Under the pieces are notes generated by a model. The model had not been told where the DNA came from and made no database searches. It was given only the letters and a program-made list of their open reading frames with translations. Source: Eledone cirrhosa (lineage: Eukaryota). Taken from it: a DNA stretch of 64,000 nucleotides. The first letter of the stretch is position 1. Each line of letters opens with the position of its first letter. Made by a program: the position numbers and the translations under genes. This document shows positions 12,646-24,600 of the stretch, piece after piece. The stretch lies in NCBI GenBank assembly GCA_964016885.1, contig OZ024741.1, positions 133,548,001 through 133,612,000 on the forward strand, read 5' to 3'.

Positions 12646-15600
12646 CTGAAAAAAGAAAATATATAAAGATGTTATAGCAGTGTGTATATGTATATATATC
12701 TTAAGCTCTGAAAAATAGTCTCTCTCTGATAAAGTCATATCTGCATAAATACAGATTGTGTAATTGAGACTGTACAAACATATATATTAATGAATACTCA
12801 CATATAAATGTTTCTTGGTCTTGGGGTAACCTTCTAGGATCGCATTTAGAATATCATTGGCCTTCAATGAAGAAAGGAATACATTGCTGAAAATACATGG
12901 GGGAAAAACCAGTTCCACATGCATACACACACAGTTAAGAAGTTTTGTTTTGATGGAGAGACACAAATTTCTAGTAGACATATTTTAACATGCAGTGAAT
13001 CCCTGCTTTTGTAGTTCTAAATCTACAGCATATATTTGGTCTTCCTCTACTACAGCTTCCTTCCACTGGGATTACTTGGTACTTCACCTAGTGATGATCA
13101 TCCATGCATATCACATGTCCATATCAGCACACAACATTTTATTCCTCTTATACTCAGTTTACCCATGCTTTGTTGTTCACGAACATTGCACGTCCATCAA
13201 AGTATTCTCTATTTATTTCCAGCCTTCACATATCCTCTGCATTCACTACCACAGCATTGTACATCACACCCAGGCATCATACAGCCAACCTTTCATTCAC
13301 AGGGATAGTAGCTCTCTAAACTTCTTTCAGTTACCATGCTCCTAGAGCACTCACCTCCACTACTAATTTGGTCACCTAGAGAGCAGAAGCTATCAACCAC
13401 TACTATGGATCCTACTTTGGATTGAAAAAAGTGTATATCACCTTATATATGTACACACACACACACATTTTTTTTCCCCCAAACTCTGTTATTCCAGCTT
13501 TTACTCTTTTTCTCTTTGAACTCTCCATTTCCTGAAGAAGGACTTATATCCGACACATCAAAACCCTCATTTACTTCTTCCTAAACGTGAAACTAATAAG
13601 ACTGTGCTTTTGCATCTCTATTCTTGAGCTATCATCACCATTTAATGTCTGCTTTTCCTGCTAGCAAGGGTTGGATGGGTCTACATAGAACAAGTCAGTA
13701 CTGAAGCAAGGCTGAGGTGTCTATATCCTACTTACGTATGGTCATATTGAGAGGGAGAGATATCAAGCTTCTGCAGTTTCTGTCGACCAAAATTCACTAT
13801 TAAGGTATTGGTTAACTTGAGGCTATAGTAGAACCAAGGGATCAACAGCTAGATATCCCATAAACCCCACCTCTGACAAAACAAAAAATCTCACCAATCG
13901 TTTCCTTTTTCTCCATTCTTTAACACATTTCTGTCTTTCTTGATAAACCTGAGAGACATAGAAATTCAGAGACAAATATCATTATTATCAGTTTTACACC
14001 ACCACCACCATCTCCATCACACTACGACCATCATCATCACTGTTTGAGGAAATTGATGACAGGCGTACTGGCAGATGGCCTGAGCAAACAAATTTGCAAA
14101 TTTGCTGCCAATTGAGCAGAAGGAGTATAGAAAAATAGGTAGAGGAATGAAAACTTTTGATCGTTAAATAGTAAGCTAGAATTGCAAGAGAAGATAGCCA
14201 CTTAAGGTTGGCTAAACTACTGTAAAGTTTATGATTTTCTTTCAGATTCATCAGGTATAGAAGAGATGAAACTGCAAGATGTAGAAAACGAGAAATTTAA
14301 TATGTAATAGCATGAGAAGTTGGAACACAAAATTAACTATGGGATTAGAAACAATAGCTAATATATGAATTAGATGAGGAATATTTCAGGGTGATAGTTT
14401 ATCACCCCCTATATTTACTGGTAATGATTCCTCTAAGAGATATCTTTCAGAAAACAAAGTTAAGATATGACCTGGGAAAATGGAAGCTGAATCATATATT
14501 ATTTATGGATGACCTAAAACTGTGTAAAGAATGAGAAGGATTTGGAGAACTCGGTGCATAGTAAGTATCTTCTCAGAAAATATTAGAATGGAATTTGGTC
14601 TCGAGAAAAGGAAAGTTCAAAAGGATGGAAGGAGCAAAAATGCCTTCTTGAACTTATGAAATCTATTGAACCATGGGGTTTTGAAAGCTGACGGCATTAA
14701 ATACAAGTATATGAAAGAGTATCTTAAGATACTTGGGTAAAAACTGAATGGGGGAAACTTGGTCTCAGCAATAAATGCCAGAGCAGTTGTAACTGCAATA
14801 ATGAATTGAAGGAATTGGATAGAAAAACCTGAAAATTACTACAATATATGGGGGGACATCATCCATGTCCAGTTGTAGACAGACTATACATTAAATGAGC
14901 AAATGGAAGCAGGTGTCCGATAAGTGTAGAGGATTGCTTATTGAAATACATGTTTGAAAGCAATGAAAGATTGTTGGTTAACAGTAAAAGAAAAAGCAAC
15001 CCTTAAAGTTAAAACTTAACTAAGTTTGGGATACAAAAAGATTACATGGAAGCAGTGCTCAACAAAGAACTACATAAATAATTTCACAGTTTGACAGTTG
15101 AAGTAGCAGATCAAGGAAGATGAGATTGGTTAAAAAAAGATACTGTGAAGACGATTTTTGCAGCTCAAGATCAAACAATGGCCACTAACTGGCACGTTTG
15201 TGTAGAGTGAGCAATGAATACAATGAAACAATATTACATATTGTTGGTGAATGTTCTAAACTTGTGCAAAATCAAGATAAGCTATGGCAGCATGAGGAGG
15301 TTGCAAAGATAGTACATTTGAAATGGGAATTTGCAAGAGGAAAGACCTGGTATGATCATAAAAAAACAAAGAATCAATGAATAAGAAATGTGTAAAATAT
15401 TTTGAGGGTTTCCAATACTGACTGACCAAAAATAAAAAAAAAAATAATCCAGACATCAGTGGTCGACAAGGTTAACAAGATATGCCTATTAATTGATGTG
15501 GCTTACACATTTTATTCAAGAATAACAAAGAAACATACAACTCTTTAAAATACGAAATATGAAGTGTGTTGAGATAGTACCCATAACTGAGGGAGCATTG

Positions 15601-18600
15601 GAAACAGTGACAAAAGGTATCGAAAAACACCCCCCAAAAATAGGCATTATATGTCAAGTTGAATTATTGCAGAAAGGATGCCTTCTTGGAACAACGAAGA
15701 TAATCAGAAAAGCACTTGACAGCTGAAAGTATATGTACAGCATGGTATGATAGGCTACAGGTGGCAAGCCTGCTACTCATGCTAAAACCAGGATTTTCAT
15801 CTAAACCTGAGCAAAACCATAATATTAATAATAATTGTTTCTATGTTAGGCACAAGGCCAGCAATTTGAAGGGGAGGGGAGAGTCAATTAAATCACCCCA
15901 TAGTGTATTACTGGTGCTTTATTTTATTGAGCCTGTAAGGATGAAAGGCAAAGTTAACCTCAGTGGGATTTGAACTCAGATCTTAAAGGGCCGTAACTCT
16001 ATGCTACGAAGCATGGTGTCCGACTCTCTACCGATACTGCCAATCCACCACCCTAATAATAATAATAATGGTGATACCTTATCCTTTTCATCTTTTGTGA
16101 TAACAACTGTATTTCCAGATTTTAACTTAGCTAGTTTCTCAGACAGCTTTGAATTCTACAAGAAAAAAAAAAAAAATACAAAGAATGATTATTTTTGTTA
16201 GAAGCCATCCAAAAAAACAGCACTCTAAATACTCAGCCATTATCAAGTTCACAGAGGTGTAAATGGAGGAATATAGAATATATTTATGTATATTATACAT
16301 ATATGTCTTGCTATAAATGTTTTAAGCTGTGATCATGTCACAACTGTCTCAGTAGCCATGTGAAAACACCAGATACATGTTTCAAAATTTTTATCTATTA
16401 TTGGTGACGTTTACTCACTCATTACTGAGCAAGAATAACAAAATATTGAGCTTACATACTTTTAGCATATAAAACATCTGCTGGTGAAGCTCATTTGAAT
16501 ACTTTTGTGCTTCTGCTAACTTGTGTTAAAATCCAATCCAGGGCCTTCTCACTTCTGTTGGAGGAACCCCTCCTTGGTTGACCTCCACCGCTTTCTGTTT
16601 GGTTTTGGTCATGTCAAGGGTGTAGCCATACTCACTATGCTTGGCCAATTGTGGATTGGTGAGGCTATTTAATCTATGGTTGGTCATTTACTCTTGTTTT
16701 TGTGCCGCTGGAGTTCCATTTACTCTCCTTGCCAGACCAGGGTTTGTTGGGGGAGCTGGTTTAGCTGCCAACCACCTGACCATGAAGCAGGTTGCACTGG
16801 GTTACATGGTATCAGGCAGAAGCCTGACCTGGCTTAAATGCTAAATCTCTGAGTGAAACATCCAGTTGAGTAAACAGCTGAATGTTCATCAGTGAACCTG
16901 GTAGAGGATCTGTCACATCTTTAAAATAACTGAAACTGGTGGAGGATCTGTCATTTTTAAAATAACAAAAATAACAAGCAATACTTACCTCCTTGCTATA
17001 AGTTTCAAGTTGTTTCTGAGCTTCTTCAGTGGACAGTGAATTGTTGAGTTGTTTGTATTCTGTGAATTCAAATTAAAGATTTGGATTGTAATGGAACAGT
17101 ACTATTATTGATCGACAAGGTCCCAGACCTCATTCACTTACGGAGTGAATGGAACTTGTCAAATCGGACCAAGAAAGTAATGTTTTAATTGGTCTTTCCA
17201 TTGCTGATACTATCTACTGGTCACAAATCCTGGCAGAAAGAGCAACGTAAAAAAATGTCTTGCTCAAGGACATTACGCATTACCTGGTCCTGGAATTGAA
17301 CTCGCAATCTCATGATTGTGAACTCAATTCTGTAACCACGTGCCTTCACAGTATTACTTTAAATTACTACAGACATTACATGGAGGCACATGGCTTAGTG
17401 GTTAGAGCATTGGCCTTGCAATCGAAAGGTTGTGAGTTCAATTCTCAGACCGGGTGATGTGTTGTTTCCTTGAGCAAGACACTTTATTTCACATTGCTCC
17501 AGTTTACTCAGCTGTAGAAATGAGATGATAGGGACTGGGGTCCCTATCATTCCACTGCAAAGTGGTTGTGGAGGTGCCACGGCAAAAAAGCACCCAGCAC
17601 TCACTGTAAATGAGGTTGGTGTTAGGAAGGGCATCCAGCTGTAGAAATCAAGCCAGAATCAGTTCCCGTCCCACCCTTGCAAGCAGGGAAAAGCGGACGT
17701 AAAATGATGATGAGGATGATGATGATGACAATATATATTTATATATTTAACCGGATATGGTCATTTGACGTGCTAGAAATAGCAGTCAAATCTTCATCAA
17801 ATTAACATCCCAAACCAGATTTAGTCTTTTGAAGACCTAAACAATTAAAAAATTATACCCCCTCCCTCTCACATATAAAGTCTGGAAAATATTTTCTTTT
17901 GTTGCTAGCAGGGAAAGCAGACATTAAAACAATGATTATAATGGTGCCTTCCCTTACCTTGATGTTTCGCCCTGATTATACAAGTTCTGAATATAATAAG
18001 AGATGGTCACAGCTGGAACACATTTAATCACATGTCTGTTCAGGCAAAGTGAACCTGACATTAAATAACATCATACACACTGCTGAAGAATCAGGGGAGG
18101 GGGGGGCCCTCCATGTAGTTACTTGATTTGTTAGAAATAGTCACTAATTCTGTCTCAAATCCTGATTTATTTTCTTAACCCATTCATTACCATATTTCTA
18201 ATGAAATCATCATCATTTAATGTTCACCTTCCACGCTAGCATGGGTTAGACAGGTTGTCCTATTTGAGGCAAGTTGGGTCAGGTGGCTGTGTCTTGTTCA
18301 TAGACATATTATGAAATACACTATATTTGAATAAATAAATGAAGAATTTGGAAGGATTTACTCAAACTAATAATTATTTCATTAAGATGGTATTTGTAAC
18401 ATAACTTAATAAAAAGCCATTATATAAAATTATGTTGGAAGATTTTAATTTAAAAGCCACCTCTAAAAAAGCCTAGTCTTTGTGGGTCTGAGAAAAGTAC
18501 CAGATCGGTGACTGGCATGAATAAGACCACCAAAATTGCGATATGGTGAGAGGTAAGAAAAAGAATTATACTGCATCGTTCTTCGCATGTGTTAACAAAT

Positions 18601-21600
18601 GATACATTTAGGCCTTAGGTAGAGGGGCCCGTTTGAAAAATGTATTGCAGTCTCCATTTCACGCAGTAAAAATTGGCGATGGGCTTTCAACCTATCCTGG
18701 GAGGCATGGGATGGACATACAAAGATTGCATCGCGTAGGAATCCTTTAAAAATGGTGGTTTCATTTGTTTCATAGAAGCAGAACTGGTGTTTGCCAGGTT
18801 GGTATCAAAAGCAGAAAGAACATTGGATAATGTAATGATAGATTTTTATGTCTTAATAACTGATGGGATTGCTGTGACTGTAATACTTTTGGTCATAGGT
18901 CTGCTTAAAAATAGCTGATTTGGGTCTAAGTCAACGCTGGCAACAACTTTAACATGATTTAGTTTACTCACCTTTTTCTAATGAATTGATTTCATTTTGT
19001 AAGTTCTGTATCTTGGAAGTAAGCTTCTGAATATCTGTTTCCAAAGTTTTCATTTCAACATCACTTAGAGTTGGAAAGTTATCCTGAAAAAGTAACCATA
19101 TAGTCTTTTATTTTTCTGTTTCATCTGTTTTTGCCCAAGAGAAGAGCTATGTTTGAAGGTATTCCAGCCATGTCCATCCCATCCCATTCCATCTTTCCTC
19201 AGGCATAATGTAATCTTAGACTACAGAGTATTCTGGGAGAGTTTATTGTGGCACAGTCACAGGGGATGTTGTCGTGGCACAATCACAAGGGAAGTTGTGT
19301 CAGTGACATGAATGAAGACTTCTCTCTACCATATAAAATAATCGATTTATCAATAGTTTCCCTTGTTATTTTGAATGGATACAGAATTTTTCTATAATCA
19401 ATAAAACTGTCAGTGTTTTATATGACAGGGGTACATTCAGTGCTGGACTTACTTATAAGCTAAATAAGCTATAGCATAGGGCCACACATCCTTGGGAGTT
19501 TCATTTAAAAAAATATATTTTTATTTTATCATTAGATTTTATTCTTTAACACTAAATCATCAAATATTATATATATATATATATATATAATTTATTTGTT
19601 ATTAACATTAACAGAAAAAAAAAATTATATTTTTTTAGAGAAGGGCCTCACATTTTATATAGCTTAGGGCCTCAGCAGGTGAAGGTAGCCCTGGGCACAT
19701 TAGTAATCAACATCATTATTTCTATGTTTGCTTTTCCATGCCTGCATAGGTTGGACTAGATCTCTTTTCTAGCATGGCTGGATGCTCTTCCAGGTGCCAA
19801 CTCATAGCATATGCTGCTAATGTTTTATTGCTTATAATGATGTTGATATGATGTTCAAAGTGACAAACATATATGCATACACACACACGCGCACATATAA
19901 ATGTCAATATGATGTTCAAGGTGACAAACATACATACACACACACGTATATACATATAACGATGTTGATATGATGTTCAAGCTGACAAACAAATATACAT
20001 GCATATACACACAAATACATGCATGTACACACACACATGACAGCCTCCCTACTGTTTCCAAGTATCAAATTCACAGACAAGGCATTGGTCAGTTTAGGGC
20101 TATAGTGGAAGACACAAGTAATAACACAAATGGCATCTATAAATAACAGTAATATACATATGAAATAATAACTACCTGGTTGGCAACATATACACACTGT
20201 TTGCCATAGGTTTTCTTTTTAATTTTGCCAGACTCAGCCAACTCATCAAGGGATTTTGTGACAGCCTTGGAACGCATATAGAAAGTATGAGAAGAAAATT
20301 GAATTAAGGTGAGAAAAAATAAGAGAGAGACAAAAAGAATTAACCTGTTTTATACCTAATTGTCTGAAACTAAAACTGGTTTTATCATATAAAACTGCCC
20401 GTTTTAAAGTGTTCATTTATATATTAAAATCTTTCATCATACTTTTTAAAAGAAATTTTTGTTAAATGATGTTTCAAATAGCAGTTTACTAATCAAAATG
20501 TTAGTTATTTTATTAAATTTTTCAAAATCTTTTATTTTTCAAAATTACTTGAAACAAAGTGTTTTTCATTAGCAATACTGTAATGAAAAGGTTAAAGTAA
20601 TAAATAAATAGAAGAAAGAAGAGTGTAAAATAATGATTTTTAATTTAGGCACAAGGTCCGCAATTGGGGGGGGGGGGGGGGTTGTCAATTAAATCAACCC
20701 CAGTGCATTACTGGTGCTTTATTTTATCGGCCCCATAAGGATGAAAAGCAAAGCTAACCTCGGCAGTATTTGAACTCAGAATGTAAAGGGATGTAACTAT
20801 ATTCTGCAAAGCATATTGTCTGATGCTCTACTGATACTGCCAATCCACCCAATCCACCGCCCTTAGACAGTGTAAAATAATGATTTTCAACTTAGGCATA
20901 AGGCCAGCAACATTTGATTGCTATTTTATTTAATCAACCTTCAAAGGATGAAAGGTCAAGTTGACTTCAGCTAGATTTGAACTCAGAACATAAAGGATTG
21001 GAAGAAATACTTCAAACCATTGCTTTCAACACTAACAATTCTGTTAATTCATTTCTCTTAACCCTTTATCATTTAAACCGGCCATATCTGGCCAGAACTC
21101 TCTCACCTCTTTCTGTTAAAACTGGCTGTAACTGGCCACTCATACTGATACCAAGGTATTGTTCAGCTGGTCTGAAAACACTACCCGCAACAACTGACAA
21201 TAAAAAAACTGAAAAAACTCTGAGAAACTAAATCAGAACAACCTGCCATCCCCTGCACATAATCATAGACTGGAATCAAGGTACAAATTGTTGTCCTTGA
21301 ATGCACGTAGTCTATGCAACAAGATTCATCTTTTTGACTCCTACATCAAAAGTATCAACCCTGACTTCTTTACAGTCACGGAAATGTGATGGGGTTTTCA
21401 GCATAACTGGCTACAACTTGTTTCGTAAAGACCGCATTAATCGTCGTGGTGGTGGTGTAATGGTCTATGTTCGGTCAAATTTTTTGGCAATTCCTTGTGT
21501 TGATTTGAACCAATCGCAGCAGGAAGTATTTTTCTGCGATATACGTATGACCATGTCAACACTGCTACTTGGAGTTGTTTACCGTCCCCCAAATTACCAT

Positions 21601-24600
21601 CAAGACACTCAACTTTGTGATATCCTCAGAGTTGCTGCCAGGAAAACAGCCATTCATGTTTTCATTGCAGGGGACTTCAATTACCCTGAGATTGACTGGG
21701 AAACCTTTCGTTGGCCGCCAAGTGTAAATGACTTCCTTGAGCTAGTGCTGAACTTGAACTGGCCCCAAGTAGTCACCTCCCCAACAAGAGGTGACAACAC
21801 TTTGGACCTACTCTTCACCACTACTCCTGAAACAGTTATTAGTGTTACTACTGAGGAACCTTTAGGTGACTCTGATCATACTATGATCATTGCCAATCTA
21901 TCCCTCATAGGCAGTAACAAAAACCACAATCATCTCCAAACTACTCACTTTGACTGGAATAAAGCAGACTGGAACTGTTACTGTACCGAGTTGCAACATC
22001 CAAACTGGCTTGAGTTCTACGACTCTGGAGATGTCAACACTGTACTCCAGAATTTTCTGAGCTCAATATGGACAGCATGTACAGCATCGGTGCCACGTAA
22101 GCAGATAAAAAAACATCCCAAAAGTGTAATTTGGGAGACTGCAGCAGTCCGTCTTGCCAGAAAAGAATGTTGTAATGCTGAACGTGAGTACAAACTGCAT
22201 AAATCAGATATCAATAGGAAGAAGTGATAAATCATCCAACCATCTCAAGCAGGTGACAAAAAAGGCAGTGCTTCAATTTGAGCAGCGCATAACAACCAGC
22301 CCTGACAGTAAGGTGTTCTGGAAGTATGTTCACTCAAAGCAGAGGCCTCATTCTCCAGTCGGTCCTCTTCACAATCCCCACACAAGCCAGGTTACTGACG
22401 ACCCCAAGGAATGCGCAGTACTATCTCCACCACCTCTGACATCAGATTCTATTACAACTATGGAATTTACACCTGCAATGCTGCGACGTCACCTTAAAAA
22501 TAAACGCAACCATGCCTCTCCTGGTCTTGATGGTGTTACGTACCTGCTTCTCAAACGTGGTGGGTACTTCCTTCTGCACCAGCTATCATGCTTCTTCCAA
22601 TTCTGTCTGAACAACGGTGCTACTCCAGAACAGTGGAAAACTGCCAGTGTCATTCCTCTGTTCAAAAAAGGTGACCACACATCACCTGTGAACAATCATC
22701 CAGTCAATCTTACTAGCTGCATTGCCAAACTGATGGAATCCTGTGTCAGAGAAACGCTTTGGAACTTCTGGAACTCTCACAGTCTTATCCGGCCCTCGCA
22801 ATTTGGATTTATCCCTAACTCCAGCTGCTGTGATCAACTTATCGAGTTTCTTGAAGACATCACCCGGATCACTGATGGCTGTTTACCTTGACTTTGCTAA
22901 AGCTTTCAATTCTGTGCCACACAAAAGACTTATGGCAAAAATCTCTGCAATGGGTGTGAAGGATGATCTTTTTAACTGGTTGAAGACCTTCATCCTCAGT
23001 TGAAGAGAGGTAGTCACGGTTCTAGGACAGCATTCCTCACCATATGAGATGTCATCTGGTGTACCACAGGGATCTGTTCTTGGCCCCCTTTTGTTTGTGG
23101 CATATATTAATGACATAGATGCCACAGTACTGAAATATGCAGATGACATAAAGCTGTACCTTGAGATAGAAAGGATCGATCCTGAACACTATAGATCTTG
23201 CTTGCAGTCTGACCTGGACACAATGCAACAATGGATCACAGACTGGCAACTCAAGCTAGCTGTGGACAAGTGTACCACCATGCATTTTGGGAGTAAAAAC
23301 CTAGCGTCCACATACTCCCTCCACAACACTAATATCAAGAAGTCTTCTTGTGAACGTGACCTGGGCATTACGGTCAGCAGCGATTTGCGTTGGACGAAGC
23401 ACGTCTCTAAAATTGTCAAGAAGGCCGAGAGTGTCTTAGCATCACTCAGCAAGACCTTTGTCAGCCGCTCTCCAGCTATCTATTTAAAGCTGTATATAGC
23501 TATGGTGAGGCCACACTTAGAATTTGCATCACCAGTCTGGAACCCCTATCTTGCTCAGAATATTGACCGCCTGGAAACTGTTCAGAGACGTGCAACCAAG
23601 CGAATACCCTCCATCAGGCATCTACCATACTCTGAATGCCTTGCTTCCCTGGGCATGGATACATTGAAGCTCCGATGTTTGGCAACTGACTTGGTAAACA
23701 CTCACAAAATTATTAACCATCTTGCCAACAACAACCCTGAGTACCTTTTTGATTTCCATGTGTCTAACACACATGGGCATGCCCACAAAGTCAGAAAACA
23801 GCACAGCTCCCATGAATTTCGGAAACATTTTTTCATGCTCAGAATTGCTTAGGCATGGAACAAACTACCTGCATCAGTTATTAGCTGTTGAGACACTGCA
23901 TCCTTTAAAACCTCCATGCTTCCTGAGATATGCCAACACTACACCTAATATTCCCCCTCCATACACATGCACACATGTATATCATCACTCATCCACTATT
24001 CACTTCCCTGACATTTGTATATTATTCTATGTACTATACATGCACCTTTGACGAGTTGTAGTGCACCTGAGCTCTGTACACAATAATTTAATTCGTTAAA
24101 ATAAATAATATTAAAATTTCATAGATTTGATATATGTGAGATAATTATGTGAGGTAAAGCATTTACCATAAAAATATAATAGTAAATATAGAGTAATGTA
24201 AATGCTAAAGGATTAAACAGTGTAAAGTAACAAATGCAAGTCCTGACATGTTATAATTTGTAATTCCAGTGACGCTAGACTTGTCAAAATTTGTTGTTTA
24301 GTTCCTCTGGTTAGTGAGCAGACCTATAATAAAATTCATTCCAGCCATGACTGACCATCCCATATTTTTGTATATGTAGGACTTGATTGTCCAATGTGTT
24401 CTTTTTTTAAGAGATTTAGCTGCTATTTCTAGTAGATTGATGTAAGAATTTGTTATCTAATATGTAGAGTTAATGTTAATAAGGTTAGTTTGACAAGGTA
24501 TGATCTGAGAGAGATATAGCTGCTATTTCTAGCAGATTGAGGTAAAAATGTGTTATTTAATGTATAGAGTTAAGGTTTATAACTTTAGCTTGACACAAGG

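Noticed and set aside
17385-17455. tRNA gene
   Set aside because: A and B boxes are present but there is no complete cloverleaf or terminator; it continues into a SINE body.
18455-18760. Possible MITE in HOP2 intron 4
   Set aside because: CpG-richer than its surroundings, but the terminal inverted similarity is too weak and no TSD was found.
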